64,000 nt of DNA from contig CAVRKK010000002.1 of the NCBI GenBank assembly GCA_963722385.1, forward strand, positions 608,001 through 672,000, written 5' to 3'. Positions 39,609-49,828 of the stretch are shown piece by piece (positions within the stretch are counted from its first letter, which is position 1; each line of letters begins with the position of its first letter). The notes under the pieces are model-generated. The model was not told where the DNA came from, ran no database searches, and was given only the letters and a program-made list of their open reading frames with translations. Both the position numbers and the translations under genes were made by a program. Origin of the DNA: an uncultured bacterium. GTDB lineage: Bacteria > Babelota > Babeliae > Babelales > Babelaceae.

Positions 39609-40763
39609 CTAACTATTCTTTTCATGTTTTGTTATGGTCTTTGTAACCCACGCAGATATTGTGTACAAAGCAACAGGAGCCATCGTCTCCTTAATAGTCG
39701 CGTACTCCGACAAAGCACCCGTTTGACACGTTTGAAATACATGGTTCAGATTAGGCAATTCAATGAGTGTATACTCCTTATGCCCAGATATTTCAAAAGC
39801 TTTTTTAAGAATTGGAAATATCTTAGCTGGCGAAGTAGTCATATCAAGACTTCCTACAATCGCTAGTGTAGGAACCTTAATGGCCTCCAGAATAGGCCTT
39901 GGATCATAATTCAAATAAAAGTGATATGCAGGCGAAGTTACTATATTCACATACATATCAATCTTCGGTTCGGTAAATGCCCAAGATAGCCTTTCTGATT
40001 CACGCTTCATTGAATCTGGAAGCTTAGCCCAATAATGAACTATCGCATCTCTAATGTGCTGACCAGCAGCTTGTTTATCAATTTCTTGCTGAGCTATTGT
40101 GTAAATAGCAGATCTCAAGGATTTATCACCAGCGATAAATTCTTCACTTGCACCATCTACTCGTAGCTGCAAACCTGCTTGATAAACAATATTGTCTACA
40201 CCAAGTGCAATATATGGTGCCATAAGTACCATAAAATTTACATCTTTAGATTGTGCTGCAACCATAGTAGCTATAAGGCCACCTTCACTAAGTCCAATAA
40301 GTCCTATCTGATTCTTGTTAATCTCGCTTCTTGTTTTGAGATATTCAATTCCAGCAAGTACATCTTGAGCTAGTTCCTTGCTTGTTACATTTGCCCAATT
40401 TCCAGTAGACTTACCAACACCACGTTTGTCATATCGCAGTACTGCTATACCTTGCGAAGTTAAATGTTCTGCAAGAACTTTAAAATATTTGTGCCCCATA
40501 CCTGTTACGTCACGGTCATTTGGCCCATAGCCAGCAATAAGCACAACTGCAGGAAAGGTTTCATTGGCACTATCAGGGATTGTTAATGTTCCCGAAAGTG
40601 TTATTCCTTCTGCATTATTTGTATAACTAACTTCTTCTTGCTTGTGTTGAATTTTATGTGCTTGATTTGATTGCATTGTTTGTGCCTTCTCAAAGGATAT
40701 TATCAAAAAAGTTCCCATAATAATGGATAAAACTTGAAACATTTTAAACATGTTTACATCCAA
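39609..40763 (-). CDS. Secreted alpha/beta hydrolase
   Basis: LSGTLTIP, GYGPNDRD, RYDKRGVG, GLSEGG, LNHVFQ. Confidence 0.9.
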   Translation of the reverse strand: MDVNMFKMFQVLSIIMGTFLIISFEKAQTMQSNQAHKIQHKQEEVSYTNNAEGITLSGTLTIPDSANETFPAVVLIAGYGPNDRDVTGMGHKYFKVLAEHLTSQGIAVLRYDKRGVGKSTGNWANVTSKELAQDVLAGIEYLKTRSEINKNQIGLIGLSEGGLIATMVAAQSKDVNFMVLMAPYIALGVDNIVYQAGLQLRVDGASEEFIAGDKSLRSAIYTIAQQEIDKQAAGQHIRDAIVHYWAKLPDSMKRESERLSWAFTEPKIDMYVNIVTSPAYHFYLNYDPRPILEAIKVPTLAIVGSLDMTTSPAKIFPILKKAFEISGHKEYTLIELPNLNHVFQTCQTGALSEYATIKETMAPVALYTISAWVTKTITKHEKNS

Positions 40764-41049
40764 AATAACTAGAGACTAAAAAAAATATAATAGAAATATT
40801 TGTTTTAAATTTGCCTGAATAAAATGTTTTATTGCAATATGCGTTACATTAAAACATTAAATACTAATAATCACCATATTTCTGATGATTTTTATGCGCG
40901 GCAAACAGAAGAAGAAAAGACTTTCACAACACACCTCATAATCAGTTCAGTATCCTTAAGATACCTAAACATTCATAATTTAATCTCTCATAATAGTGTT
41001 TTAATGTCAAATCCAATAGACAAGACTTTAACGGTCCTCACATACAAAT

Positions 41050-43071
41050 TTAAAGAATTATCTCTTTTTGAGGTAAACTTACAGCATTGTTTATCTGCAA
41101 ACTGATTTCTGGAAACTGTTCGCTTATACGTTCCAAATTGCCATTCTGACCTTTAAGATATTTATCAAAAAACTGAACTAATAACGCTCGGGTTATTTCG
41201 ATCCCGCAGGTTGGATCAAGTTTAAGCGGTTGATCACCTTTCCATGGAATAAAAAGAAAAAGGTCAGTAAATGATCCATGTAAAGCATCTTTAATAACAG
41301 CATAATGAGAAGGACCCGTCATAGCATGCCATAGTTGGCGCATACGCTCTTCTTTTTCTTTTTTTTGTAATGAGCTCGTTACAAAAAGCGCAGGTACTGA
41401 AAACCCTTGTGTGGCTAATCCTTGCGGTTTACCATCAAGATCTGCTACCGCTTTACATATACCCAACACGCAGCAAGTAGCTAGAGAAGTGCCGCCGCCA
41501 AAAGAATGCCCAAACATTCCCAAACGCTGAAGATCGAGCTTGCCTGTTAAAATACCCTGAGGATCATTGCGGTTGATTTGCTCAAGCTCCTTTACAATGA
41601 ATCTTATATCATCAACCCATATTCCTTGTTCGCGTATAGATGCTTCCGCTTCGCTTTTCAATTGCCATAACTCTTGCAAATCCTTAAGACTCATTGCAGC
41701 TATTTTTTTGCCATTAGACAAAATAACTGCATCCGTAACATAAGGGTAAGCAATCCCAACTACAATGTACCCATGGCTTGCTAACTCCTCACATAAACTT
41801 GTATAAAAATGTATAGGAGACCCAAAACCTGGTGAAAAAATAATAACCGGATAAGTAGCACACGATTCTGAAACTTTGCCACTCACATAAGCATGCGTCT
41901 TCATTCCATCAAGAAAGGAAAGCTCATTAAGCGTTATTTTAAAATGTTCTTTTAGACCCTCTTTTATGGCAGCAGTACTGAGCGGATTAATATACCAAGC
42001 CTTTGTTGCATGAGGCTTGAGTTCAGCTGGATACCATATCTGAGCAACCAATTCTCGATTATCACTAACATTCTGAGAGTGAGCCTCTCTTCTACTTTTA
42101 TCAACCAGATGATAAGGCGTTGTCCCAATCGAAAGTTTTCCCATCGGAATCGGTAGTTTTCCTGTGTTCATAACCGAACATGCACCGCGTGCTTTTTCAG
42201 ACTCGTCTGAAAGTTTAAATTTCTTTAGTATTGTGCGTTGTGCATCATTCAATTGAAACGTATCTATTTTCAAAGTTCTTTGATTATCAGTTAACTTCAG
42301 AAGCTTAGGGAGCTCAGTTTTAATACGATCAAAAATTCTATCCATAACATCCTTTGGAGAGATAGAAATTTTTTCCAGGAAATGTGCAATAGTACTGCTT
42401 AGGTGACCAAAAGTAATATGCGGCTCATAGCGATATTGCTCGCTAAAAGAAGAATCATACAATTGCTTGCCATGTGATTTTTTGTATATTTCGTTGGCAT
42501 GAAGCAATGCATCTTTGATAGCTGCCCGCAATGACATCAAACCTTCTTTTCCATCATCAATTTTTATAACCAACTCCTTGATGCTACCAAAAAAATCAAA
42601 TCGATCGCTTATTTTTACCACAGATAGCGGCCCCGTTCCTTTATGGTGCTTTTGCATATCCGTCAGAGCATCAACCAATAAATACTCATTGTGCTCATCC
42701 ATTTCACCCAAGTAGTACAAGGTAATCCATAATCGTTCTTTTTTCACGAAACTTCGTGCAAAATCCTTCACCACATCTATTTTATTGAATCGTTTTAAAG
42801 CATAATTTACTTCCTGATCAATGATCTTATTTATCTCTTCTCCGATTCTTCTTTGCAATTCATAGACGAAACTGTTTGGAGAAAACTCCGTTACCACCAT
42901 AGGACCTGGCACACTAAATTTTCTTTTAGAAGCTTCAGCTACACGATAAACATCTGACGATGGAGGTATATGAGCATCTTTAACATAACATTGATTTGCG
43001 ATCATGAATGCAGCAAATAGCATAAAAAACAATGTAAAGCCAAAATTAAACATTTTCAAACGTTCAACCAT
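41050..43071 (-). CDS. 2H-phosphoesterase-like domain fused to PAF-acetylhydrolase-type alpha/beta hydrolase
   Basis: WITLYYLG and PHITFG; QIWYP, FSPGFG, ELASHGY, GHSFGG, HGSFTD. Confidence 0.8.
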   Translation of the reverse strand: MVERLKMFNFGFTLFFMLFAAFMIANQCYVKDAHIPPSSDVYRVAEASKRKFSVPGPMVVTEFSPNSFVYELQRRIGEEINKIIDQEVNYALKRFNKIDVVKDFARSFVKKERLWITLYYLGEMDEHNEYLLVDALTDMQKHHKGTGPLSVVKISDRFDFFGSIKELVIKIDDGKEGLMSLRAAIKDALLHANEIYKKSHGKQLYDSSFSEQYRYEPHITFGHLSSTIAHFLEKISISPKDVMDRIFDRIKTELPKLLKLTDNQRTLKIDTFQLNDAQRTILKKFKLSDESEKARGACSVMNTGKLPIPMGKLSIGTTPYHLVDKSRREAHSQNVSDNRELVAQIWYPAELKPHATKAWYINPLSTAAIKEGLKEHFKITLNELSFLDGMKTHAYVSGKVSESCATYPVIIFSPGFGSPIHFYTSLCEELASHGYIVVGIAYPYVTDAVILSNGKKIAAMSLKDLQELWQLKSEAEASIREQGIWVDDIRFIVKELEQINRNDPQGILTGKLDLQRLGMFGHSFGGGTSLATCCVLGICKAVADLDGKPQGLATQGFSVPALFVTSSLQKKEKEERMRQLWHAMTGPSHYAVIKDALHGSFTDLFLFIPWKGDQPLKLDPTCGIEITRALLVQFFDKYLKGQNGNLERISEQFPEISLQINNAVSLPQKEIIL

Positions 43072-43272
43072 AATAAATCCTTAATTATAATAACCAGTTT
43101 AGATGATATGATCCCTAGACTGCAACGCTTATTAATTTGAGCTATCATTTCAGAGAAAAACGCTACACCTCATTAAAATGTTTTTTTAGTTCCCTATTGA
43201 TAGATGGGATAACTCGGCTTTTGCCTCACGGGACTTCAGAATGGCTGAATAGCAGGCCCAAACAGCCAATTC

Positions 43273-44675
43273 TTGGTTGTCTTATGTCCTAAGATTAAGG
43301 AATACCGGGAGTCTCTTTCGGCACTTAGCATCAAGCTTACGAGCTACGGTGGCTGGCCGATCAGCGTAGAATTTAAGCCATCTCCATACAGCAAGACACA
43401 GTATTCATATGCCCCGCTCAAGCCCGTTACTGTAGCTGGAGACACGTATAATCTTGCTGATATGGATGCCAAAGCATACTTGGATCTTTATCGTCGCCAT
43501 CCGCAAGCAATTGATCCTGAGGACATGGATATGATTCAGGGGCGCATTCTGTTAAATACCGATTTTCTAATAGCTTCGCCGCAAGGGCCGAAAATTTATT
43601 GTTATAATTTTATAACTAACAGCGATCCCGAGCAGTATAAAAAAGAGCTCAAGCGTATTATAAGCCGCATGATGCTTGAGTGGTTCACGAGCCCAACGAG
43701 CAAGTTTTTCCAAGAGCGTTATAAAATTGCACACGCAGCGCTCACGAAGTATTCTCAAAAGAAAAGGGGGTTCTTATACCGGGTACATCAGTAACGACAC
43801 AGCCGAGCGAAGCTCAAGAGGCTCAAGCTTTTTGGAGCAAATATCACGCATTGCAGCAAAAAAAGCGTACCGATTTTCGGGCTTTGGTGCTCTCAAGGGG
43901 TTATCATGACTGGAAAGCAGACTTACTCGATGAGGTTATGCATGATAAAGAGGAGAGCGCTTTGCTTGCGTTTCTTGGTGACGATTTATTAGCAGCAGGG
44001 TACGCTTTGGTGATACTATTGTTTCCTGAAGAGTACACCGATAATGAATTGCTATACGCCTATAACTTTTTGAGGGATCTGCGAAGGGTTCCGCTGGCCT
44101 CACGTGCTGAAATTGATCCCATGTGGATCAATGGAGAAAATACACGTTTGCTCAAAGAGCTTATACGGAAGAATCTAGAGTTCCAGAAGACGCCGCTCAA
44201 GCAGGAAATATTTCTTCTCAATATTGTATTTCAGCCGCACTGTTTGTCGGGATATCTTGGCCATGTCGCGCTTGATAAAAAGCCTTATCTTGCCGGTATG
44301 ATAAAGCTGCTAGCATACAATGATCTTCGAGCTAGACATAATGAAGCATTGGCTGTATCAGTCGATGGCATTGATAATAGTTGGCTCCAAGAGCAGGATT
44401 ATTTAATTTTTAAGCAGGCTTTGGAAACATACTTTACCGATAAAAAGAATACCGTACCTAAACAGCAGCTGTTTCTTATTAATCTTGTGAAAATTGCCAC
44501 ATATCGTGATAGTCTCGATGTTAATGAATTATATGATAACTGTGTTACAAGCGATCGTGTGCAGCTCAACGCCTATAACATGCTCCGCCAGATGCTCAAC
44601 AAGCCCCGTATTCCTTCGCTCGATCATATCAATATGACCTGGCTCAACAGTCTCCCGGTCAATAAATTTGCCTAA
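43273..44675 (+). pseudogene. Frameshifted hypothetical gene with ~87-aa internal repeats
   Basis: Two ORFs join across a frameshift at AAAAGGGGG (~43762-43770); no clear start; ends at the tnpB remnant. Confidence 0.55.
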
Positions 44676-44687
44676 GAATATCAAACA

Positions 44688-44765
44688 ATCAACTATAAGT
44701 TTGCATTTTACCGTTTTTACCCTTTCCATGCCACCTATTCTCACATCTTCCTCATCCTATGCAAT
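44688..44765 (-). mobile_element. IS200/IS605 tnpB 5'-end remnant, copy 2
   Basis: GAATAGGTGGCATGGAAAGGGTAAAAACGGTAAAATGCAAACTT closely matches 28051-28096 (MERVKTVKCKL). Confidence 0.6.
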
Positions 44766-44927
44766 GAAAAGCATGAGCAATTCCTCTCAAATCCTTAAAA
44801 AAGCTCATCAACAGCTGCTAAAGCTTGACGTTAAAGGCTGTATATCCTTGACGCGGAGTAAAAAATTTACTAGCATATTCCACACTAAAATTCTACCTTT
44901 TAGGCCAAGAAGAAGGACAAAATCAAT

Positions 44928-46169
44928 ATGAGGAAGCTATTTTTACTGCTCCTAGCAGCCTTATCAATTGCACAAAAAATAGTAACCATGGAGGGCGAAA
45001 GCTCATTAGGCATCCTTAGAGAACAATCTTTGATTTTAAGTAGCACTACGCCAGCAGCGGGAATTAACATAACAGCGGAAAACAGCCAAAGGCAAAACCT
45101 TTCTTTGCCTTTCAATTTAAGCAATAATGAGCCAAGATCATATCCTCGCGAGATATACTGTGTAATACTCGCAGGGGGAGTGGGCGAACGCTTATGGCCT
45201 TTAAGCAGAAAAAATAAGCCTAAACAATTTCTACCATTTACAAACAAATTATTTGTCGAAATGGTTCTCGATTGGTTGCAAACCATTGAGGGGAATAAGC
45301 ATCACTGGGTTGTCACAACTGAATCTCTAGCAGCCTCTATTAAGGAGGTCCTAGGGGAAAAAGTTGAACATATTGTTACTGAACCAGATCGTCGCAACAC
45401 TGGCCCTGCCGTTTTACTCGCTTGCCATCAAATAGCGGCCATACATCCCGATGCTTTCGTTATTTTTCTACCAGCTGATGAGGATATTCCTGAATACGAA
45501 AAATTTGGTGCAGCAGTCAATATAGTCTTTCAACAAACCACATCGCCAAACCTCATTCTTTTTGGCATTCGACCTCGTTATCCGGCAACAGGATATGGTT
45601 ACATAGAATACGAAGAAGAACTTAATCAACAATCTATCGTGCCAGTATTAAGCTTTCACGAAAAGCCCTCGCTGGATAGGGCGAAAGAGTATCTTGAAAG
45701 AAGAAATATGTTATGGAATAGTGGCATCGTATGTGGGCAAGTATCTTCCTTTTTAAGGCAATATCAGCAATATGCCGGTGAAATGTATGAAAAAATGCTT
45801 AATTTCCTTAACGGTAGCACCTCTTATCATGAACTACCTGCCCTCTCTATAGATTACGCTATTTTAGAGAGGAGCCAACAGATTTCTGTTTTGCCAGTTG
45901 ATTTTCAATGGGAACACATAGGCGATCTTGCTAGCTACCTTGCCCTACGGTCAGCTCAACAAACAACAGCAACAGTATTGCCTATTAATAGCAATAATAA
46001 CCTCATACATACAACCAATTTACAACTTATTGCCTTAGTTGATGTAAATGATCTCTGCGTGGTGGAAGAAGATGGAATACTTCTTGTCATTCCAAGAGGA
46101 AGTTGTGAAAAAATCAAAGCGGTTATTTCACAGTTAAAAAAAGATACGGGACAAGAAAGGTTTCTTTGA
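44928..46169 (+). CDS. Mannose-1-phosphate guanylyltransferase-like protein with signal peptide
   Basis: ILAGGVGERLWPLSR..PKQF, RNTGPA, TGYGYI, FHEKP, WNSG, SIDYAILE. Confidence 0.88.
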   Translation: MRKLFLLLLAALSIAQKIVTMEGESSLGILREQSLILSSTTPAAGINITAENSQRQNLSLPFNLSNNEPRSYPREIYCVILAGGVGERLWPLSRKNKPKQFLPFTNKLFVEMVLDWLQTIEGNKHHWVVTTESLAASIKEVLGEKVEHIVTEPDRRNTGPAVLLACHQIAAIHPDAFVIFLPADEDIPEYEKFGAAVNIVFQQTTSPNLILFGIRPRYPATGYGYIEYEEELNQQSIVPVLSFHEKPSLDRAKEYLERRNMLWNSGIVCGQVSSFLRQYQQYAGEMYEKMLNFLNGSTSYHELPALSIDYAILERSQQISVLPVDFQWEHIGDLASYLALRSAQQTTATVLPINSNNNLIHTTNLQLIALVDVNDLCVVEEDGILLVIPRGSCEKIKAVISQLKKDTGQERFL

Positions 46170-46314
46170 TGTAGTCAAAATACTCTGACCCTAATTTTTT
46201 CATGCCCAGATTTTTTGGCCTATTCCACTTTTTAATATCAAGGATTTCAAAAAGCTGCTTTAAATCTGATTTTGATAATAGCGAAAAGTACAGCAAACTG
46301 CTGGATAATTATAA

Positions 46315-46411
46315 ACAATTAAGCCCGCTGTTAAGGCGGGCCTGTTCAGGTGGTACCCGGCCATGTTTCATGCTCGCGGCCACCTTATTTTTTGTATGTT
46401 GATGCAAGTCA
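46315..46411 (-). ncRNA. Candidate structured sRNA, copy 2
   Basis: TTGACT-16-TATAAT at 46445-46418; same stems and TGAAACATGGCCGG core as copy 1. Confidence 0.55.
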
Positions 46412-46660
46412 AAAAATATTATATACCAATTTTGTGCAAAGTCAAGCAAAATCTTACATATTTTAACAAAATATAATAAATTACTCGCCCTTAGCCAATA
46501 TGATACAATTTTCTCATCCCCCAAAACTCACTTCAGATGAAAAGATGGCAAGATATACCTAAATTTGAGATGGGGGCGGGGCCGCCTTGTATTCACATAT
46601 AACAATAATATATATCCGCTCCAGATCGCGCAATAAATGTTGTATAAATATATATTAACG

Positions 46661-46936
46661 ATGAACACAAATAATGAAGTAACACGGATGATAGTTGAAC
46701 TTCCAAAAAGCTTACATAGGAAGGCCAAGGTGGTAGCCGCTTTAAGGGGTATCAGCATAAAACAGCTTCTTATTGCAGGATTAAATCAGCAACTAGAGGA
46801 GTCCGCAGAATGCCTTGATTGTAAAGGCAGCGAATTCAATGAGGAAACAATGAAGATAATGGGGGAAATTCTTCGAGGTGAAGGGATTATTGAAGCTAAA
46901 GATACTAAGGATCTCCTCAAAAAACTAAGAGAATAG
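46661..46936 (+). CDS. RHH antitoxin with DinJ/RelB-like C-terminus
   Basis: TRMIVELPKSLHRKAKVVAALRG; FNEET...DLLKKL; upstream of yafQ remnant. Confidence 0.75.
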   Translation: MNTNNEVTRMIVELPKSLHRKAKVVAALRGISIKQLLIAGLNQQLEESAECLDCKGSEFNEETMKIMGEILRGEGIIEAKDTKDLLKKLRE

Positions 46937-46939
46937 ATA

Positions 46940-47069
46940 ATGCTGATACCTCGTTTTACGCATCAATTTAAAAAAGATCGAAAGTTCTCTGAAAAACGGG
47001 GGTCGAGAAAAAGATAATACCCATATCACTTTTACTCGTATTGCGACTCACTCAGGTCTTAAATTTTGA
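46940..47069 (+). pseudogene. yafQ: YafQ-type toxin with central deletion
   Basis: N-terminal MLIPRFTHQFKKDRK..KRG joined out of frame to C-terminal ITFTRIATHSGL. Confidence 0.7.
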
Positions 47070-47390
47070 CTATTCAACTTACCTCACTGAGAACATATAA
47101 AAAAGAAACGCTTCTTGTATTTATCGAAAATCGCATTATACTCATTCTCAATTAACCGAATCAATTTACGAGGAACAAACCAATGTTAATGCTATCACTA
47201 TTTCGAGCTATAGCTGCTCTGAAAATGGGCAGAACTTGAGTTGGTTTGTGCTTGTTGCTTAATGCGATAGCCCTTGTAGATTCAGCTTGCCTCCTTTTCA
47301 GTTACCATAATCCCCAATCAATATATTTTTTTCATTGAGTATTGATCGAAAAGACGTGATCAATGCTGTGACCATCTTTAGGAAATACCT

Positions 47391-47633
47391 ATGGGCAAAC
47401 CTAATTTTTCAATTGCGCCCGATAGAATCTTGACCGCTGAGGAGCGCGATAGGTTAACACATTTTGTTACTTTGTTGATAACCATTGACACACGATTGCG
47501 AAAGACAAGTAAGCGCTCAAAGGCAAGCAAAGCAAAGTCGGAACTATATCATAAGTCCATTCTCGAATTGACCTTATTTTTCTTCTTAATTGCTTTATAC
47601 TTGAGCTATCTCAATGAGCAAAAAAGCGATTAA
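47391..47633 (+). CDS. Small hypothetical protein upstream of rep
   Basis: 80 aa, RBS AGGAAA, overlaps rep start. Confidence 0.5.
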   Translation: MGKPNFSIAPDRILTAEERDRLTHFVTLLITIDTRLRKTSKRSKASKAKSELYHKSILELTLFFFLIALYLSYLNEQKSD

Positions 47634-48747
47634 CATGGTGGACACTGTTATTTTAATCTTACATAAAGATATGTTCAAAATCGGTGCCCCCGAAGCATTT
47701 TCCCCTTCAGCAAAATGGGTTGCAAATTCGCCTACGAGCCTTGCTATTCGTTCAAAGCAAAATCCCACAAAAAAAGAACTACAGGCTGGCATCTATAAGC
47801 CGCGACTTACTTTGACCAATCGAATCAAGCCCACAGGAGGCGTAGAATTGATCCTTAAAGTTGAGTTTTCATTGCCGAAGCTTCTTTTCGGCAATAACTT
47901 TGACGAGCTTGCAAGAAAGGATTTTGCCGCGCTAACACGAAAATTAGCCGTCATCCTGAATACCATGGGCATTTCCACGACTGCTGCAGCAATCGAACAA
48001 GCAGATGTTTCGGGTATCCATTATTCTAAAAATATTCCGTTAACTGATGGCTCTATTCCTTTTCAGTATATTAACAAAATTAGAGAAGCGAATATTCAAG
48101 AAGCTCTCGATAAAAGTAAGACTGAATATAGGATCGGACATAGCTTTAAATGGCATTGCAATTCCTACGAGGTTATTTTTTACGATAAAATTAAGGATCT
48201 CGAGGCAGCAAGAAAAAGCAATAAGCGATCCCTGGAAAAAGACAGCGAGCTGCAACTTGAGCTCTTTGAGCGCTTCAAAAAGCAAAAAAAGTTTGAGCTT
48301 TTACGTATGGAAGTACGACTTAATAAGCGGCAAAAAGCTAAAAGCCTATTTAAAAAGCTGGGCATTAAATCTGATTTCACCTTCAAGAGTTTATTCAAAG
48401 TTGCGATAGCAAAGAGAGTATTACTGCATTATCTTGAGCAAATCGAAAGCAAAAGACCGGCAATACTTGATTACTCTGCGATAGGTGATAAAAACCTACT
48501 TGCTACCTTGGTTACCCATAACGCTGAGCTCAATAGCAAATATATCTTGCAAATATTTGGGCTAAAAAAGGCCCTTGAGTCTTTTGATATTAGAGAGTTG
48601 CGTGCGATGCTTTCGCGCTTTAGCAACCGCACCTGGTATCGGTTAATTGCAGACGCAAACAAAATAAAATTACTTCCAGCAATTAGGCCTTTGGAAGTTA
48701 TAAAAGGATGCATCAGTAAGTTTAAACCATTGCGAATATCGACATAG
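47614..48747 (+). CDS. Phage/plasmid replication initiator (gpII/X, Rep_trans-like rolling-circle type)
   Basis: MVDT, EFSLPKLLFGNN, FYDK, LLRMEVRL. Confidence 0.72.
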   Translation: MSKKAINMVDTVILILHKDMFKIGAPEAFSPSAKWVANSPTSLAIRSKQNPTKKELQAGIYKPRLTLTNRIKPTGGVELILKVEFSLPKLLFGNNFDELARKDFAALTRKLAVILNTMGISTTAAAIEQADVSGIHYSKNIPLTDGSIPFQYINKIREANIQEALDKSKTEYRIGHSFKWHCNSYEVIFYDKIKDLEAARKSNKRSLEKDSELQLELFERFKKQKKFELLRMEVRLNKRQKAKSLFKKLGIKSDFTFKSLFKVAIAKRVLLHYLEQIESKRPAILDYSAIGDKNLLATLVTHNAELNSKYILQIFGLKKALESFDIRELRAMLSRFSNRTWYRLIADANKIKLLPAIRPLEVIKGCISKFKPLRIST

Positions 48748-48797
48748 TTCCACCATAAAAGTTCAAGGACTGTTTCGCAAATCTTTGCAAAACTTAT

Positions 48798-49193
48798 TTA
48801 GCGCCGTACTTCTGGCTGATAGGTGACAGCTTCCTGATATTCAGTCCTTTTGAGTTTCTTGGCTTTACTTTCCTGAGGCACTTTTTTCGAAGGAACAATA
48901 GTGAACTCAAAGCCCAAAGCTTTTAATAAAACGATAAGTGTATCCAGACGAGGATTCCCACGCGAAGATAGGGTTTTATATAAACTTTCACGATTTAATC
49001 CTGACTTTTCAGCCAGACAACTCATGCCACCTTGTGCATTCACAATATCTCTAAGAGCCAATAGAAGAACTTTTTTTGCGTTTTTATCACTTGGAGTTAC
49101 ATCCTCCAAGGCTGCGTTAAGGTAGCCAGCAGCTTTTTTAGTATCTTTAAGTCTTCTATAGAGCCATTCTTCATGATTTGTATACTTTGCCAT
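48798..49193 (-). CDS. HTH antitoxin (addiction module antidote)
   Basis: YLNAALE, GGMS.LAEKSGLNRESLYKTLS..GNPRL. Confidence 0.9.
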   Translation of the reverse strand: MAKYTNHEEWLYRRLKDTKKAAGYLNAALEDVTPSDKNAKKVLLLALRDIVNAQGGMSCLAEKSGLNRESLYKTLSSRGNPRLDTLIVLLKALGFEFTIVPSKKVPQESKAKKLKRTEYQEAVTYQPEVRR

Positions 49194-49527
49194 TTTTCTG
49201 TTCTCTTTCCAAATAATGATAATAATATTTATTTGCTTTACTGATATCGCTTTTCTGTTCTTTCTTAATCCCAGCCATTATAATTAGCAGTTGATCTTTA
49301 GCAATTTTCACATAATAAACTCGGTAACCAGGGCCATAATCAATTACCAATTCACATATTCCGTTCGCAGTTTTAATGGGTTTACAATTGTTAAAAATAC
49401 CAGATCTCAATCGACCAATGTAAGCAAGAATTTTGTCCTGTGTTTTCTCATCGGGAATGCCTTCTAGCCATTTCTCAAAAATATCAATGTTATTGGGCGT
49501 CTTGTAATGAATAATTTTGAAAACCAT
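49171..49527 (-). CDS. RelE/HigB-type toxin (toxin-first operon)
   Basis: FEKWL, ELVIDYGPGYRVYY, Q..DI..A. Confidence 0.9.
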   Translation of the reverse strand: MVFKIIHYKTPNNIDIFEKWLEGIPDEKTQDKILAYIGRLRSGIFNNCKPIKTANGICELVIDYGPGYRVYYVKIAKDQLLIIMAGIKKEQKSDISKANKYYYHYLEREQKNGKVYKS

Positions 49528-49559
49528 CTACTCCCCGAATCTTTTGCAAATAACGATAA

Positions 49560-49588
49560 CAATGTAGCATATTGGCTACAATTTGTAA
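49560..49588 (-). promoter_or_regulatory. TA promoter with palindromic operator
   Basis: TTTACA-17-TACATT overlapping TGTAGC-N6-GCTACA. Confidence 0.65.
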
Positions 49589-49828
49589 AGCATTGATTAG
49601 GCATCAAGGATGCAAACTCAAATATTGATGAGCTGGATATGTTGAAATTCTTGTTAACAAAATCGGCATCATAATAGGCCTGCTATATGGGCTGACTTAA
49701 AGGAATATTGTATATACGGAAGGCAGAGTTCGCATTCACATACCCGCTATATAAGATTGCTATAGCTGCAAAACGCGTCCTTTATGATAAAATAGCAAAA
49801 TATTAATCCAATATTATCGGGACTACTA

